This document shows positions 17,797 through 27,253 of a DNA stretch of 64,000 nucleotides, in pieces. Source of the stretch: an uncultured Gemmatimonadales bacterium (GTDB lineage: Bacteria; Gemmatimonadota; Gemmatimonadetes; Gemmatimonadales; GWC2-71-9); the NCBI GenBank assembly GCA_963695555.1, contig CAVOGR010000005.1, positions 224,001 through 288,000 of the forward strand. Reading direction: 5' to 3'. Made by a program: the position numbers and the translations under genes. The notes under the pieces are model-generated. The model was not told the origin of the DNA and made no database searches. It was given only the letters and a program-made list of their open reading frames with translations. The first letter of the stretch is position 1. Each line of letters begins with the position of its first letter.

Positions 17797-19464
17797 CTAC
17801 GAGCCCTGCTGCAGCACCGCCATCCCCTGCTCGAACACGATGTCGACCGGAATCCCCGCGGTCGCCAGGCGATCCAGGTCGGCCTGGAGCTCGGGCCCGA
17901 TGGTGCCGTACTTCTCCATGTAGTCCTGGACTCCGTAGTAGTCGCCGTCGCCCTGATAGGTCAGGATCTTGGCCGAGAGCGCGTCCATGGCCTCCCGCAT
18001 CTTGGCAAAGTCCACCCGGTAGGTGCCGGTGGCCGGATCGCGGCTGAACGCACCCATCTCCTTGAAGAAGTTGAACCGGGCGACGTTGGCCCGACCATGT
18101 GCGCTCGAGGCGCCAAATCGGATCGAGCGGAAGATGCTGGCCATGAAGGTGACCAGGTTGTCGTTGAGATCCTCATTCGCGAGTTCATTCATTTCGTGGA
18201 GCTTGGTCACCATGTAGAGGCCCAGCACATCGGCCTTGCCCTCTTCGAGGGCGGAGGCCTCCTCCTTCAGCGCCTGGCGCACGGTGCCGCGGCCGTCGAG
18301 CGTGTTCTTGATGCCGAGCCCATGCGCCACCTCGTGGAACATGACGTTGCCGAAGAAGGCGTCGAAGGTGACGTGCTGCCGCTGGTCCTCGGCGATGAGC
18401 ATGCCGGCGATCGGTACCAGAATACGATCGAACTTGGCCCGCATGGCATTCTTGAGCTGGAGGCGCCGAGTCCCCTTCGCCAGCTGCACTTCCTCGTCGT
18501 TGGGCAGGTTGATCGCGATGGTCTTGGATCCGGCGTTGGCCTGACCCGCGTAGTAGACCACGTCGTACGCGTTGAGATCGGCATCCGTGCCCGGCTTCTC
18601 GCGTCGGTACTGGGCCGGGACCGGCAACCCGCGCTGAAGGGCCGGCAGTAGCGCCGCATAGCGCGACAACCGGCGGCTCCATTCCTTGTCCTTGACGAGG
18701 ACGACGCCTTCGTGCGCCGCCTTGTAGCCGTAGAGCTGGTCTTCGTATGTCTCGATCGGCCCCACCACGATGTCGATCCCATTGTCCTTCATGTCCATCC
18801 AGGCGACGTCGCTCGGCTGATAGTCGTCACTCAGCAACGCGTCGGCGCGGAGATTCAGGTACTGCTTGAGCCCGGGGTCATCGGCCAACTCAGCCGCCGC
18901 GCGAAGGTTCTGGGCCGCTCGGCCGTGCTCCGCGGCATAGGCCTCGGAGTAGGGCACGGTGGTCAGGGCACGGTTCTGGTCACGCCGCACCAACGTGTAG
19001 AGGCTCTTGAGCGCCGCCACCCGCTCGGGTCGAGCATCGAGCGCGGCCTCGAACTCGCCCTTGGACATGTCCGCCGGGTAGAAATTGGCGCCGGCCGGCT
19101 TGGGTCCGACGCCCGGAAGGAAGGGGGCGTCGCCGTCCACCCGGTCCCAAGGGCCGTAGTTGATCTCGGCGAAGCGTCGGAGCTGGGGGTCAGCGATCGA
19201 CGCGAGCAGGCTGTCCTTGTTGCCGTACGCTTGCTTCCAGTAGACGCGGTTCATTTCGCGCGCCGCCTCGATCAGGAGCGGCAGCATCTGCCGCTCATGC
19301 TCGGACAACTGGCTCATGTCGGTGGTGAGGCGCACGGAGGTGTACTTGTCGGTGAGCGCCGCGGACTCGGTGCTCCCACCGCCCGGGGTCGCCCGGTCGG
19401 CGCGGCACGCCGCGGCGAAGAGAGTGATCAGTCCGAGGGTGAGGTATAACGGCATCCGACGCAT
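17797..19464 (-). CDS. Zn-dependent dipeptidyl peptidase III-like hydrolase (M49), lipoprotein
   Basis: INYGPWDR, GPIETYED, AINLPND, HEVAHGLG and LEEGKAD motifs; FAAAC lipobox. Confidence 0.85.
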   Translation of the reverse strand: MRRMPLYLTLGLITLFAAACRADRATPGGGSTESAALTDKYTSVRLTTDMSQLSEHERQMLPLLIEAAREMNRVYWKQAYGNKDSLLASIADPQLRRFAEINYGPWDRVDGDAPFLPGVGPKPAGANFYPADMSKGEFEAALDARPERVAALKSLYTLVRRDQNRALTTVPYSEAYAAEHGRAAQNLRAAAELADDPGLKQYLNLRADALLSDDYQPSDVAWMDMKDNGIDIVVGPIETYEDQLYGYKAAHEGVVLVKDKEWSRRLSRYAALLPALQRGLPVPAQYRREKPGTDADLNAYDVVYYAGQANAGSKTIAINLPNDEEVQLAKGTRRLQLKNAMRAKFDRILVPIAGMLIAEDQRQHVTFDAFFGNVMFHEVAHGLGIKNTLDGRGTVRQALKEEASALEEGKADVLGLYMVTKLHEMNELANEDLNDNLVTFMASIFRSIRFGASSAHGRANVARFNFFKEMGAFSRDPATGTYRVDFAKMREAMDALSAKILTYQGDGDYYGVQDYMEKYGTIGPELQADLDRLATAGIPVDIVFEQGMAVLQQGS

Positions 19465-19582
19465 GCTCGACTCCGAGAATTGGTAGAGTAGCCTGGAAGA
19501 TAGGGCGCGACAGACGCAGGCGGGAGCCACCCGCCTCGCGGCTCTGTTGGTCTCGCGCGGGCTCTGGCTCACGCGGGTTGGA

Positions 19583-19616
19583 AAAACGCGGGGCGGCTCA
19601 GCGGCCCCCCCGCGTT
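19583..19616 (-). terminator. Intrinsic terminator
   Basis: Minus-strand AACGCGGGG...CCCCGCGTT stem ending in a T run. Confidence 0.6.
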
Positions 19617-19641
19617 CCACCCCAACCAACGAGGGAGGTAG

Positions 19642-20418
19642 CTATTTCTTGAACGCCGCCGCAGCGAGATCCGGCCGCATCATCCCGTCGCGAGTCTCGA
19701 CCCGGCGGGTGAGCTTGAACGCCTTCTCGAAGAGCGCATTGTCGGCGTCGCCGAGCTTTGCATCATTCCGGGCACCGGTCGCGTAATAATCCGCAGGGTC
19801 CATGCCGCTGTTCGCCACGATGTAGAGGGGGAGTTCCGGGCCGGTAATGGCCTGGTACACCCGCCAGCCGTTGTCCATGTTGTTGGCCTTATACATCGCC
19901 GCAAATTCCCGCGCCACGGCCTCGAGCTCCTGCGCCTTGCCCGGCAGCGGGTACCAGTAGGTCCAGTGGCGGAAGGTGCCCTCCGATTCCGCCTTGCTTG
20001 GATTGGCCGGGACGAAGGACATATCCGGCCTGAATGCCACCATCGAGGAGCCGGAGTGATCGACCAGCGCATCGGACTTGGCGAAGATCGCCGGTCCACC
20101 CGCTGCGGCTATGGCGGTCTCCCAGTCCCGGTTGATGCGGTCCATGTCGCCCATGCTCTGCATGGGGAAGGCGTAGAGGTACCAGTTTCCGGAGCCTGAA
20201 GCGGCGATCCAGTCGAGCTTGGCGCCTGCCGGAACGGCCAGGACCTTACCGAGCCCCTCCTTCAGCGCCGCTTCATAGGCCGCCGTGTTGGCGGGAGCCA
20301 CATAGTCGTTGTAGACGAACAACATGGGGGGCGTCGTCGGCTGCTCTTGGGCCATTGCTGTGGCCGGCTGTGCCAGGGCGAGGCTGAAGGCCGCGCCGAG
20401 CAATACGGCTGTTCTCAT
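19642..20418 (-). CDS. Secreted hypothetical protein with two NIPSNAP-like (dimeric alpha/beta barrel) repeats
   Basis: GGAGG RBS, signal peptide ..AMAQ; two halves each ending in RPD(M/L). Confidence 0.65.
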   Translation of the reverse strand: MRTAVLLGAAFSLALAQPATAMAQEQPTTPPMLFVYNDYVAPANTAAYEAALKEGLGKVLAVPAGAKLDWIAASGSGNWYLYAFPMQSMGDMDRINRDWETAIAAAGGPAIFAKSDALVDHSGSSMVAFRPDMSFVPANPSKAESEGTFRHWTYWYPLPGKAQELEAVAREFAAMYKANNMDNGWRVYQAITGPELPLYIVANSGMDPADYYATGARNDAKLGDADNALFEKAFKLTRRVETRDGMMRPDLAAAAFKK

Positions 20419-20548
20419 TGCTGTCCTCCAGAACGAAGTAGAAAACGATTCGAGTCGTCCGCAACTAAGCCGCCCGGCAGGATGGGCGGGGCTGCCGCGA
20501 ATATATCCCCGGGACGTGGGTTGGGAAGGCGTCGCGGGGCCGGAATGG

Positions 20549-21244
20549 TCAGGGTTCGAGTAGATCAGCCAGGCGGGCTGCATGCAGCGGGTTCACCCCA
20601 TCGTCGTGCTTGAGAAAGACGTAGGCCTCGTTCCAGGATTGTCCCGCGATGCGATCGGCCCAGTCCTGGAGCCGGCCATCATCGTATGCGCTGCGACGCA
20701 ATCGGAAGTACCCCCAGTCGGTGGTGGCGACGAGCGGCGTTGCACCCTCATCGGTGTCCGCAACACAGAGGGCCACCCCGCGAGCGCCGAGCGCGGAATA
20801 GACCTCGTCGTCGAACCAACTCTCGTGCCGAAACTCGAATGCCGCCGGCCAGCCCTCCGGAAGGAGAGCGAGGAACTGCTCCAGCCGGGGCAGATCCTTC
20901 TTCATGTTGGGCGGCAGCTGGAAGAAAGTCGGGCCGCGCTTGGTCCCCAGCGCGGACGAGACCTGGACGAGGTAGGATAGCTCGTCCCCGGCGTCCTTCA
21001 GCCTCTTGAAATGGGTGATTCGCCGGGATGCCTTGAGGACGAATGTGAACGCATCCGGAACCTGTTCAGCCCATGAGACCACGACACTCTCCTTGGGCAG
21101 CCGGTAGAACGTGTTGTTGATCTCGACGGTCGAGAACCGGCCGGCATAGTAGCCCAGCATGTCCGCGGCCTTGAGATCCGCGGGGTAGAGCGTGCCCTTC
21201 CATTCTTTGTACGCGTACCCGCTCATGCCGACCAATGCGCGCAT
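20549..21244 (-). CDS. DUF72 (YecE/YunF) family protein
   Basis: GMSGYAYKEWKG, VEINNTFY, FVLKA, FQLPP, FEFRHESW and YFRL motifs. Confidence 0.9.
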   Translation of the reverse strand: MRALVGMSGYAYKEWKGTLYPADLKAADMLGYYAGRFSTVEINNTFYRLPKESVVVSWAEQVPDAFTFVLKASRRITHFKRLKDAGDELSYLVQVSSALGTKRGPTFFQLPPNMKKDLPRLEQFLALLPEGWPAAFEFRHESWFDDEVYSALGARGVALCVADTDEGATPLVATTDWGYFRLRRSAYDDGRLQDWADRIAGQSWNEAYVFLKHDDGVNPLHAARLADLLEP

Positions 21245-21691
21245 GCGGCCCCTTTCGACGACGGTGGCCGAAACCTCGCAGCCGGGACCAGAGAGTCGCA
21301 ACCCTGACACGGATGGTGCAAGCAGCTGCAGTGCGACAGGCCGCTGCAGGTATCGGCAGGCTTGGAGCTTCCAGGATACGACATGGTGGCGTCGTTGCTA
21401 CGATCCGGGGTGCACGGGTGAAGTAGGCGCCTGGGCTACCCCTAGAAAGCGCGGTGGGCAAGGGAAACGCAACGGATCCTAACATATTATCTTTGCGTGA
21501 GTTAACAAGCTTATGTCATACCACCTGCCTGAACGGATCGCCGGGACCAGGACTGAGGATTTCGAGGCATGCGGATTGCAGAAGAAAGGTCCCGGTTACG
21601 TGTGAGCTGTCAGTATTTTGACCCGGTGGACGTGGCCGCCTACTCCGTCCGGGACGGGATTCGCATTGCCACTCCATGGCAGGGAGGCAGC

Positions 21692-21817
21692 ATGAAGAAG
21701 AGGTACGAGAAGCCAGAACTCCAGCGCTTTGGGAAATTCCGAGATCTGACACTGGACTGGTGCTCGGACAACCTGGGTCATCCGCGTTGGGAAGCGGAGG
21801 GGTGCCGGACCAGCTGA
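21692..21817 (+). CDS. Small RiPP precursor with lasso-type leader (41 aa)
   Basis: GGAGG RBS at 21683-21687; MKKRYEKPELQRFGKFRDLTL-DWCSDNLGHPRWEAEGCRTS matches YxxPxLxxxGxxxxxT; followed by its own terminator. Confidence 0.8.
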   Translation: MKKRYEKPELQRFGKFRDLTLDWCSDNLGHPRWEAEGCRTS

Positions 21818-21861
21818 TCTGTGGTTCCCGAAGGTGCGCGAAACCTCCAATCGCATTACGG

Positions 21862-21901
21862 AACGAGAGGGGCATCACAGATGCCCCTCTCGTTGCTTTG
21901 T
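21862..21901 (+). terminator. Intrinsic terminator after the RiPP precursor
   Basis: Perfect 15-bp stem AACGAGAGGGGCATC/GATGCCCCTCTCGTT followed by GCTTTGT. Confidence 0.85.
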
Positions 21902-22075
21902 TCGTCGGTCTTTGGCCTACGGATCCGGAGGATCAACACGACGATGACACCGGGAGTTGAACCCGGCAAGAGCTAGGCCGCGGCGCGACTTCCCTTTGCT
22001 CCGGCCCCCATTAGGTTCAAGCCTGCCATCCCGATCCTTCCGCGCGCCACCAACAGCCATTTCTCCGGGTGCGTT

Positions 22076-23563
22076 ATGGCCTTCGATACCACCGTGCTCG
22101 CCGTCCAGCCTCACCGTCATGCGACCCCTCTTCTGGCCGTTCTCGTGCTCAAGGGCAAGATGCCCGCGAGCCTCCAGCAACTGGACGGTACCCTTGGCGG
22201 CGCGCTCGGACGGTTGTACGCGTCCGGTGACTTCATCGGCAAGAAGGGCGAGGCTGCGCTGCTCCATCCTGCCGGTCCTGCCGATCGGGTGCTTCTGGTG
22301 GGGTTGGGGGAGGCGAAGGAGATTGTGCCCAGCCAGGTCCGAGAAGCAAGCGCGACTGCGGCACGCCGCGCAGGGGCGATGGGGGCTCGGACTGCCGCGC
22401 TCTATCTGACCGCGGAGGCGCTCGACCTGGTTGCGGCAAAGGCCGCCGGACAGGCAATGGCCGAAGGCGCGGCGTTTGGGGCCTGGGACTTCATCGAGCT
22501 CCGCCGAAAAGAGGACGACGAACGGCCACTGCTCGAGCGGATGGAAATCCTGGCTCCCCGGAAGACCAAGACCGTTGAGGCTGGGCAGCTGGTCGGTGCG
22601 GCCATCGGTGCCGGCCAATCGTTCGCGCGCGACCTGCAAATGCAGCCGGGCAACATCTGCACGCCCGCCTACTTGGCCCGGTCTGCCAAGGACCTGGGAA
22701 CCCGGCACAAGTTCGGGGTGACGGTGCTCGACCGGCGGGCAATTGTGAAGGAAGGACTGACCGCTCTCATGGCGGTCGCGCAAGGCAGCGCCGAGGACCC
22801 GCGGTTCATCGTGCTGGAGTACCGCCGTGGCGGTGCACGGAAGCCGGTCGTGCTCGTGGGGAAGGGCGTCACATTCGACACCGGCGGCATCTCGATCAAG
22901 CCGGCGGCGAGCATGGAGGAGATGAAGTTCGACATGTCGGGGGCAGCCGCCGTCCTCGGTGTGTTCGAGATGCTGGGCCGGCTCAAGCCGAAGCTGAACG
23001 TGGTGGGTCTGATCCCCGCCACGGAGAACATGCCATCGGGCACCGCGATCAAGCCGGGGGATGTGGTGCGGGCGCATCTTGGAAAGACCATCGAGATCGT
23101 CAATACGGACGCTGAAGGGCGCTTGATTCTGTGCGATGCGCTTTCCTACGCCCGCCGCTACAAGCCCGCCTGCGCCGTGGACATCGCCACCTTGACTGGT
23201 GCCGTGGTGATCGCGTTGGGCGATGCCGCGATGGCGGTGATGGGCAACGACGAATCTTTGGTCGAGGCCCTGCGAGCCTCCGGCGAACGCTCAGGGGAAC
23301 GGGCATGGCCGCTCCCGATGTGGGACGAGTACCGCGAACTGATCAAGTCTCAGATTGCCGACGTGAAGAACTCGGGTGGGCGTCTGGCCGGCTCCATCAG
23401 CGCCGGGTGGTTCCTCCGTGAATTCGTCGAGGGGTTTCCCTGGGCCCATCTCGACATTGCGGGCACCGCCTATTCCGATCGCGAGAAGCCGACTCGGGTC
23501 AAAGGGCCCACCGGGAGTGGAGTTCGACTCCTGAGCGACTTCGTTCTGTCACGCAAGTTTTAA
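22076..23563 (+). CDS. pepA: Leucyl aminopeptidase (M17)
   Basis: GKGVTFDTGGISIK, MKFDMSG, NTDAEGRL and HLDIAG motifs. Confidence 0.96.
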   Translation: MAFDTTVLAVQPHRHATPLLAVLVLKGKMPASLQQLDGTLGGALGRLYASGDFIGKKGEAALLHPAGPADRVLLVGLGEAKEIVPSQVREASATAARRAGAMGARTAALYLTAEALDLVAAKAAGQAMAEGAAFGAWDFIELRRKEDDERPLLERMEILAPRKTKTVEAGQLVGAAIGAGQSFARDLQMQPGNICTPAYLARSAKDLGTRHKFGVTVLDRRAIVKEGLTALMAVAQGSAEDPRFIVLEYRRGGARKPVVLVGKGVTFDTGGISIKPAASMEEMKFDMSGAAAVLGVFEMLGRLKPKLNVVGLIPATENMPSGTAIKPGDVVRAHLGKTIEIVNTDAEGRLILCDALSYARRYKPACAVDIATLTGAVVIALGDAAMAVMGNDESLVEALRASGERSGERAWPLPMWDEYRELIKSQIADVKNSGGRLAGSISAGWFLREFVEGFPWAHLDIAGTAYSDREKPTRVKGPTGSGVRLLSDFVLSRKF

Positions 23564-23581
23564 AGGCGCGGCGAGGCTGCC

Positions 23582-25378
23582 GTGCGTGTTGCTTTCCACC
23601 TGGCCGCTTTGATCGCTTTCGGCGCCATCGCGTCCGGCGTGTCCGCTCAGATCCCCGATAGCCTGCCACGGGATTCGGTCCCCCAAGACACGGTCGACCA
23701 GACTGCGCGGTTCCTCGAAGCGCGGGCGCTCGAGGCCGAAGACGTTGGTGTCTTCCCGCTTGTCGGGTCGGAGGGCGTGCGCTCGCCGGGAAGCCGCATC
23801 GTGTTCACCAGAGATTCAATCGACTGGGCCAATGCCCAGACCCTCGGCGACCTGTTGGCACAAGTGCCCGGGGTGTTTCTGTGGCGAGGCGGGTGGATTG
23901 GCCGTCCGGAACTGCCGAACTACGAAGCGCGTGGCGCCGCCTCGGTGGAGTACTTCCTGGACGGACTTCCCTTCCTGCCCGTCGGCCAAGACAGCCTCAG
24001 CGTTGATCCCGTCCTGATTTCCCTCAGCTTGCTGGAACGGATCGAGGTGGAGCAGTGGCCCGGTCTGCTGCGCGTACGGCTCTTCACCCGGCGGCACAAT
24101 CGTCTGGCCGCGCGGTCCCGGATCGGTATCGCGACGGGTGACGACGATGTGGCACGCTACGATGGGGCGCTCGAACGGCGCTTCAAGTCCGGGCTCGGCT
24201 TTTCGTTCGCCGCCGATTTCCTAAGTGCACCTACCGCCAGCGGCGTCGCGAGCGACCATGAACAGACCCAATACTGGATCCAAATGGGGTATCTCCCATC
24301 GCCGCGGTTCGGCGTCCAGGCTCAGCTATTGCGAACCGAGCCCAAGCGGGACCCGTTTCTTGGAATAGGCCAGACCGACACCATCGGGTCGGGCCTCGAG
24401 GGAAAGCGAAGCGACTACCAGGTGCGGCTCTTCAGCCGGCGTGGATCGGATGAACGTCCGCTCCGCGTCGATGTGCTGTACGGCCGCACCACATGGGACG
24501 GGAGCGGCGTGACACAGGCGGTGGATCGGTATGGCGCGACGGTCGCCTATCGTGTCCCGACTCTTTCGCTGGGCCTGTCGGCGTTCGGCGCGTCGCGGTG
24601 GACCACGCTCGAATTGGGCACTGAGGCCGGGTGGTCGCCGGTGGAGGGGCTGTCGTTCCACGCGGAGGGGCATTATGGGCGCCACGACGCCGATCGGTCG
24701 AGCACCTGGGTCGGCCTCGGCGCCGGGTTCCGTCTGCCACTCGGTGTGATCCTGTCCGGTTCGGCTCGGATCGGCTCGGTGGTGGCCACGCCGGCCCTGG
24801 ACGCCGATTCCGCCCAAGACCTGCGGGATGTACGCGTTTCGGCCGGCTGGAACGGCAAGCGGCTGGGGCTGGAAGTGGGGTTGAGCCGGACCGCCGCATT
24901 CCAGCCGAGGGCGTTTCAGCCGTTTCTCGCGGTGGCCTCCCTCGCGGCAGTGCCCGAGACTGAGTGGCTCACGGCCGCCGTCCGAGTGGCGCCGCTCTCG
25001 TGGCTCACGCTCGCCGGGTGGTACAGCGATCCCATGGGGGGCTCGGTGCCGGACGGCCAGCCGCCGGAGCACATGGTCGGAAAAGCGACGATACGGTCGG
25101 GCTTTCTCCGGAAATTTCCGAGTGGGACGTTCGACCTCAAACTGGAGCTCACGGTGGAGCGATGGGGCACCGGGGTCCTGGGCCGCGATGGGGCAGGGGC
25201 CGCGATCGTGCATCCCGGCGCAACCCTGCTCCGGGGCCTGGCCCAAATCCAACTCGGCCGGCTCCACATCTTCTATGACCGCTACAACTTCCAAGGCACC
25301 AACGCCGCGTACGTGCCCGGGTTCACGGTGCCCACCTTCAACACCACGTGGGGAGTCCGCTGGGAATTCCTGAACTGA
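23582..25378 (+). CDS. Outer-membrane protein with TonB-dependent plug domain
   Basis: Signal peptide, plug motifs TLGDLLAQVPGV..YFLDGLP..LERIEV, beta-strand pattern, C-terminal WGVRWEFLN. Confidence 0.7.
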   Translation: MRVAFHLAALIAFGAIASGVSAQIPDSLPRDSVPQDTVDQTARFLEARALEAEDVGVFPLVGSEGVRSPGSRIVFTRDSIDWANAQTLGDLLAQVPGVFLWRGGWIGRPELPNYEARGAASVEYFLDGLPFLPVGQDSLSVDPVLISLSLLERIEVEQWPGLLRVRLFTRRHNRLAARSRIGIATGDDDVARYDGALERRFKSGLGFSFAADFLSAPTASGVASDHEQTQYWIQMGYLPSPRFGVQAQLLRTEPKRDPFLGIGQTDTIGSGLEGKRSDYQVRLFSRRGSDERPLRVDVLYGRTTWDGSGVTQAVDRYGATVAYRVPTLSLGLSAFGASRWTTLELGTEAGWSPVEGLSFHAEGHYGRHDADRSSTWVGLGAGFRLPLGVILSGSARIGSVVATPALDADSAQDLRDVRVSAGWNGKRLGLEVGLSRTAAFQPRAFQPFLAVASLAAVPETEWLTAAVRVAPLSWLTLAGWYSDPMGGSVPDGQPPEHMVGKATIRSGFLRKFPSGTFDLKLELTVERWGTGVLGRDGAGAAIVHPGATLLRGLAQIQLGRLHIFYDRYNFQGTNAAYVPGFTVPTFNTTWGVRWEFLN

Positions 25379-25498
25379 GTCCGCGCGTCCGGGTTGGCGG
25401 GGCCGGCGTGAGGCAATCGTGTTGATTGTGGCGGGGCTACCGCTGGTGTCGCTACAAGCTTATTTTTAAAGGCTTTACCCGAGCCTGGAGGCCGACGC

Positions 25499-26374
25499 GT
25501 GGCCCACAGCATGACGGGATTCGGGGCGGGTGAGGGGCTAGTCGCGGGAGGACGGTTGCGGGTCGAGATCCGCACGGTCAATCACCGTTTCTTCAACGTC
25601 GCCCTCAAGCTGCCTGCCAACTTGGCCGTCCTCGAGCCCGATCTTCGCGAGCAGTTGCGCCGCGACTTCGAGCGGGGCCACATCGCGGTGACCGGGCGGT
25701 GGGCGGTGTACCCCCAGGAAGGGGAGTCCTCGCTCTATTTGAATCTGGAGCGTGCCCGAGCGGTCGTCGCCCATTTGCGCGAACTCCAGACCGCGCTCGG
25801 GATCGGCGGCGACGTCGATGTCGGCCTGGTTGCTCGGCAACCCGACGTGCTCGGCTCGGTGGCGACCGAGCTGACGGTTGCGTGGAAGGACGTCGAGGCC
25901 ATCGTGCTCGAAGCCGTCGCCGAGTGCAAGGCGATGCGTCGGCGCGAAGGGGCCGTGCTGGTTGCCGAAATGCGCCACCGACTCGATCGGCTGGAAAGCC
26001 TTGCCGCGGCAGTGACGGCCAGGGCCCCGGAGCGGCTCACGCGGGAGCGCGACCGCCTCCGACAAGCGGTGGCCGATCTCTTGGACGGGCGGCAGATCGA
26101 TGAGAGCCGGTTGGCACTGGAAGTCGCGCTGATCGCCGACAAGGTCGATCTGACCGAAGAACTCGTCCGGCTCGGCGCCCACGTCGCTGCGGCCCGGGAC
26201 TCTCTGGATACGGACGGGGCGGTCGGAAAGCGGCTGGGTTTTCTGGCGCAGGAAATGGGGCGCGAGATCAACACGCTCGGGTCTAAGGCCAACGACGCGG
26301 AGATTGCGGCGCAGGTCATAGAAATGAAGGGCGAGCTCGAGAAACTCCGCGAGCAGCTCGAGAACATCGAGTGA
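25499..26374 (+). CDS. yicC: YicC/YloC family endoribonuclease
   Basis: SMTGFG, EIRTVNHRF, GKRLGFLAQEMGREINTLGSK and REQLENIE motifs. Confidence 0.94.
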   Translation: MAHSMTGFGAGEGLVAGGRLRVEIRTVNHRFFNVALKLPANLAVLEPDLREQLRRDFERGHIAVTGRWAVYPQEGESSLYLNLERARAVVAHLRELQTALGIGGDVDVGLVARQPDVLGSVATELTVAWKDVEAIVLEAVAECKAMRRREGAVLVAEMRHRLDRLESLAAAVTARAPERLTRERDRLRQAVADLLDGRQIDESRLALEVALIADKVDLTEELVRLGAHVAAARDSLDTDGAVGKRLGFLAQEMGREINTLGSKANDAEIAAQVIEMKGELEKLREQLENIE

Positions 26375-27039
26375 CGGGTCTTCTCCTCGTCCTCTCGTCA
26401 CCGTCAGGTGGTGGCAAAACGACCATCGCGCGGCGGCTGATCGAGCGGCGGACCGACATGGCCTTTTCGGTCTCCGCCACGACCCGGCCGATGCGGCCGG
26501 GCGAGCGGGACGGAGTCGATTACCATTTTCTGGCTGCCGAAGAATTCCGGCGCCGGGAAGCGGCAGGAGAGTTTCTGGAGACGGCGTCGTACGAGGGCCA
26601 CCGATACGGCACACTCACGGGTGAGATCCGTGCCATCGTGGAGGCCGGTCGTCACGCGGTGCTCGATATCGAGGTGGAGGGTGGCCGGCAAGTACGCCGA
26701 CAACGGCCCGATGCGGTTTTGGTCTTCATTCTGCCGCCCGCGGTCGACGTGTTGACAGCGCGGCTCGAGGCCCGGAAGACGGACGATCTCGGTGTCGTCG
26801 CCGGTCGGCTGCTTGCAGCGGCCGAGGAGGTACAGGTTGCTCGGGAGTATGACTACCTGGTGGTCAACGACGACCTGGAGCATGCAATCCATCAGGTCGA
26901 GGCTATAGTGGAAGCCGAGGCGAGGCGGGTCGAGCGACACGCCGGGCTCTCAGACATGATCGACTCATTCCGTCGTGATGTCCTAGCAGCGGCGGCCGGT
27001 TTTCGGGAACGCGCACGAGCGAAGGAGCACAATCGATGA
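26371..27039 (+). CDS. gmk: Guanylate kinase
   Basis: SSPSGGGKTT, SVSATTRPMRPGERDGVDYHF. Confidence 0.96.
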   Translation: MTGLLLVLSSPSGGGKTTIARRLIERRTDMAFSVSATTRPMRPGERDGVDYHFLAAEEFRRREAAGEFLETASYEGHRYGTLTGEIRAIVEAGRHAVLDIEVEGGRQVRRQRPDAVLVFILPPAVDVLTARLEARKTDDLGVVAGRLLAAAEEVQVAREYDYLVVNDDLEHAIHQVEAIVEAEARRVERHAGLSDMIDSFRRDVLAAAAGFRERARAKEHNR

Positions 27040-27251
27040 AGATCTACACCCCGCACGAAGCAGCCGCTGCCGCTGACGGCAACAAATACCTCGGTGTTCT
27101 CGTCGCGTCGCGGTTTGCGCGGTACCTGAACGAGTTCCCCCGGGATCGTCTCGCCGATCAAGACGAGAAGCTCACGACGACGGCGCTCGACGCGCTGGCT
27201 CGGCAGGAGCTGTCCTACAAGCTGGTCCGCCGCCGCCGCTCCGAGGCGTAA
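27036..27251 (+). CDS. rpoZ: RNA polymerase omega subunit
   Basis: NKYLGVLVASRFAR..KLTTTAL; canonical gmk-rpoZ-coaBC position. Confidence 0.85.
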   Translation: MKIYTPHEAAAAADGNKYLGVLVASRFARYLNEFPRDRLADQDEKLTTTALDALARQELSYKLVRRRRSEA

Positions 27252-27253
27252 TC

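Noticed and set aside
21478..21521. AT-rich stretch with TTATGTCATAC resembling a XerD arm of a dif site
   Set aside because: Spacing to the preceding TAA is 5 rather than 6 bp and the XerC arm match is poor; more likely part of a divergent promoter region.
14280..22000. Genomic island integrated at tRNA-Leu
   Set aside because: No integrase, no duplicated tRNA 3' end and no sustained compositional shift were found.
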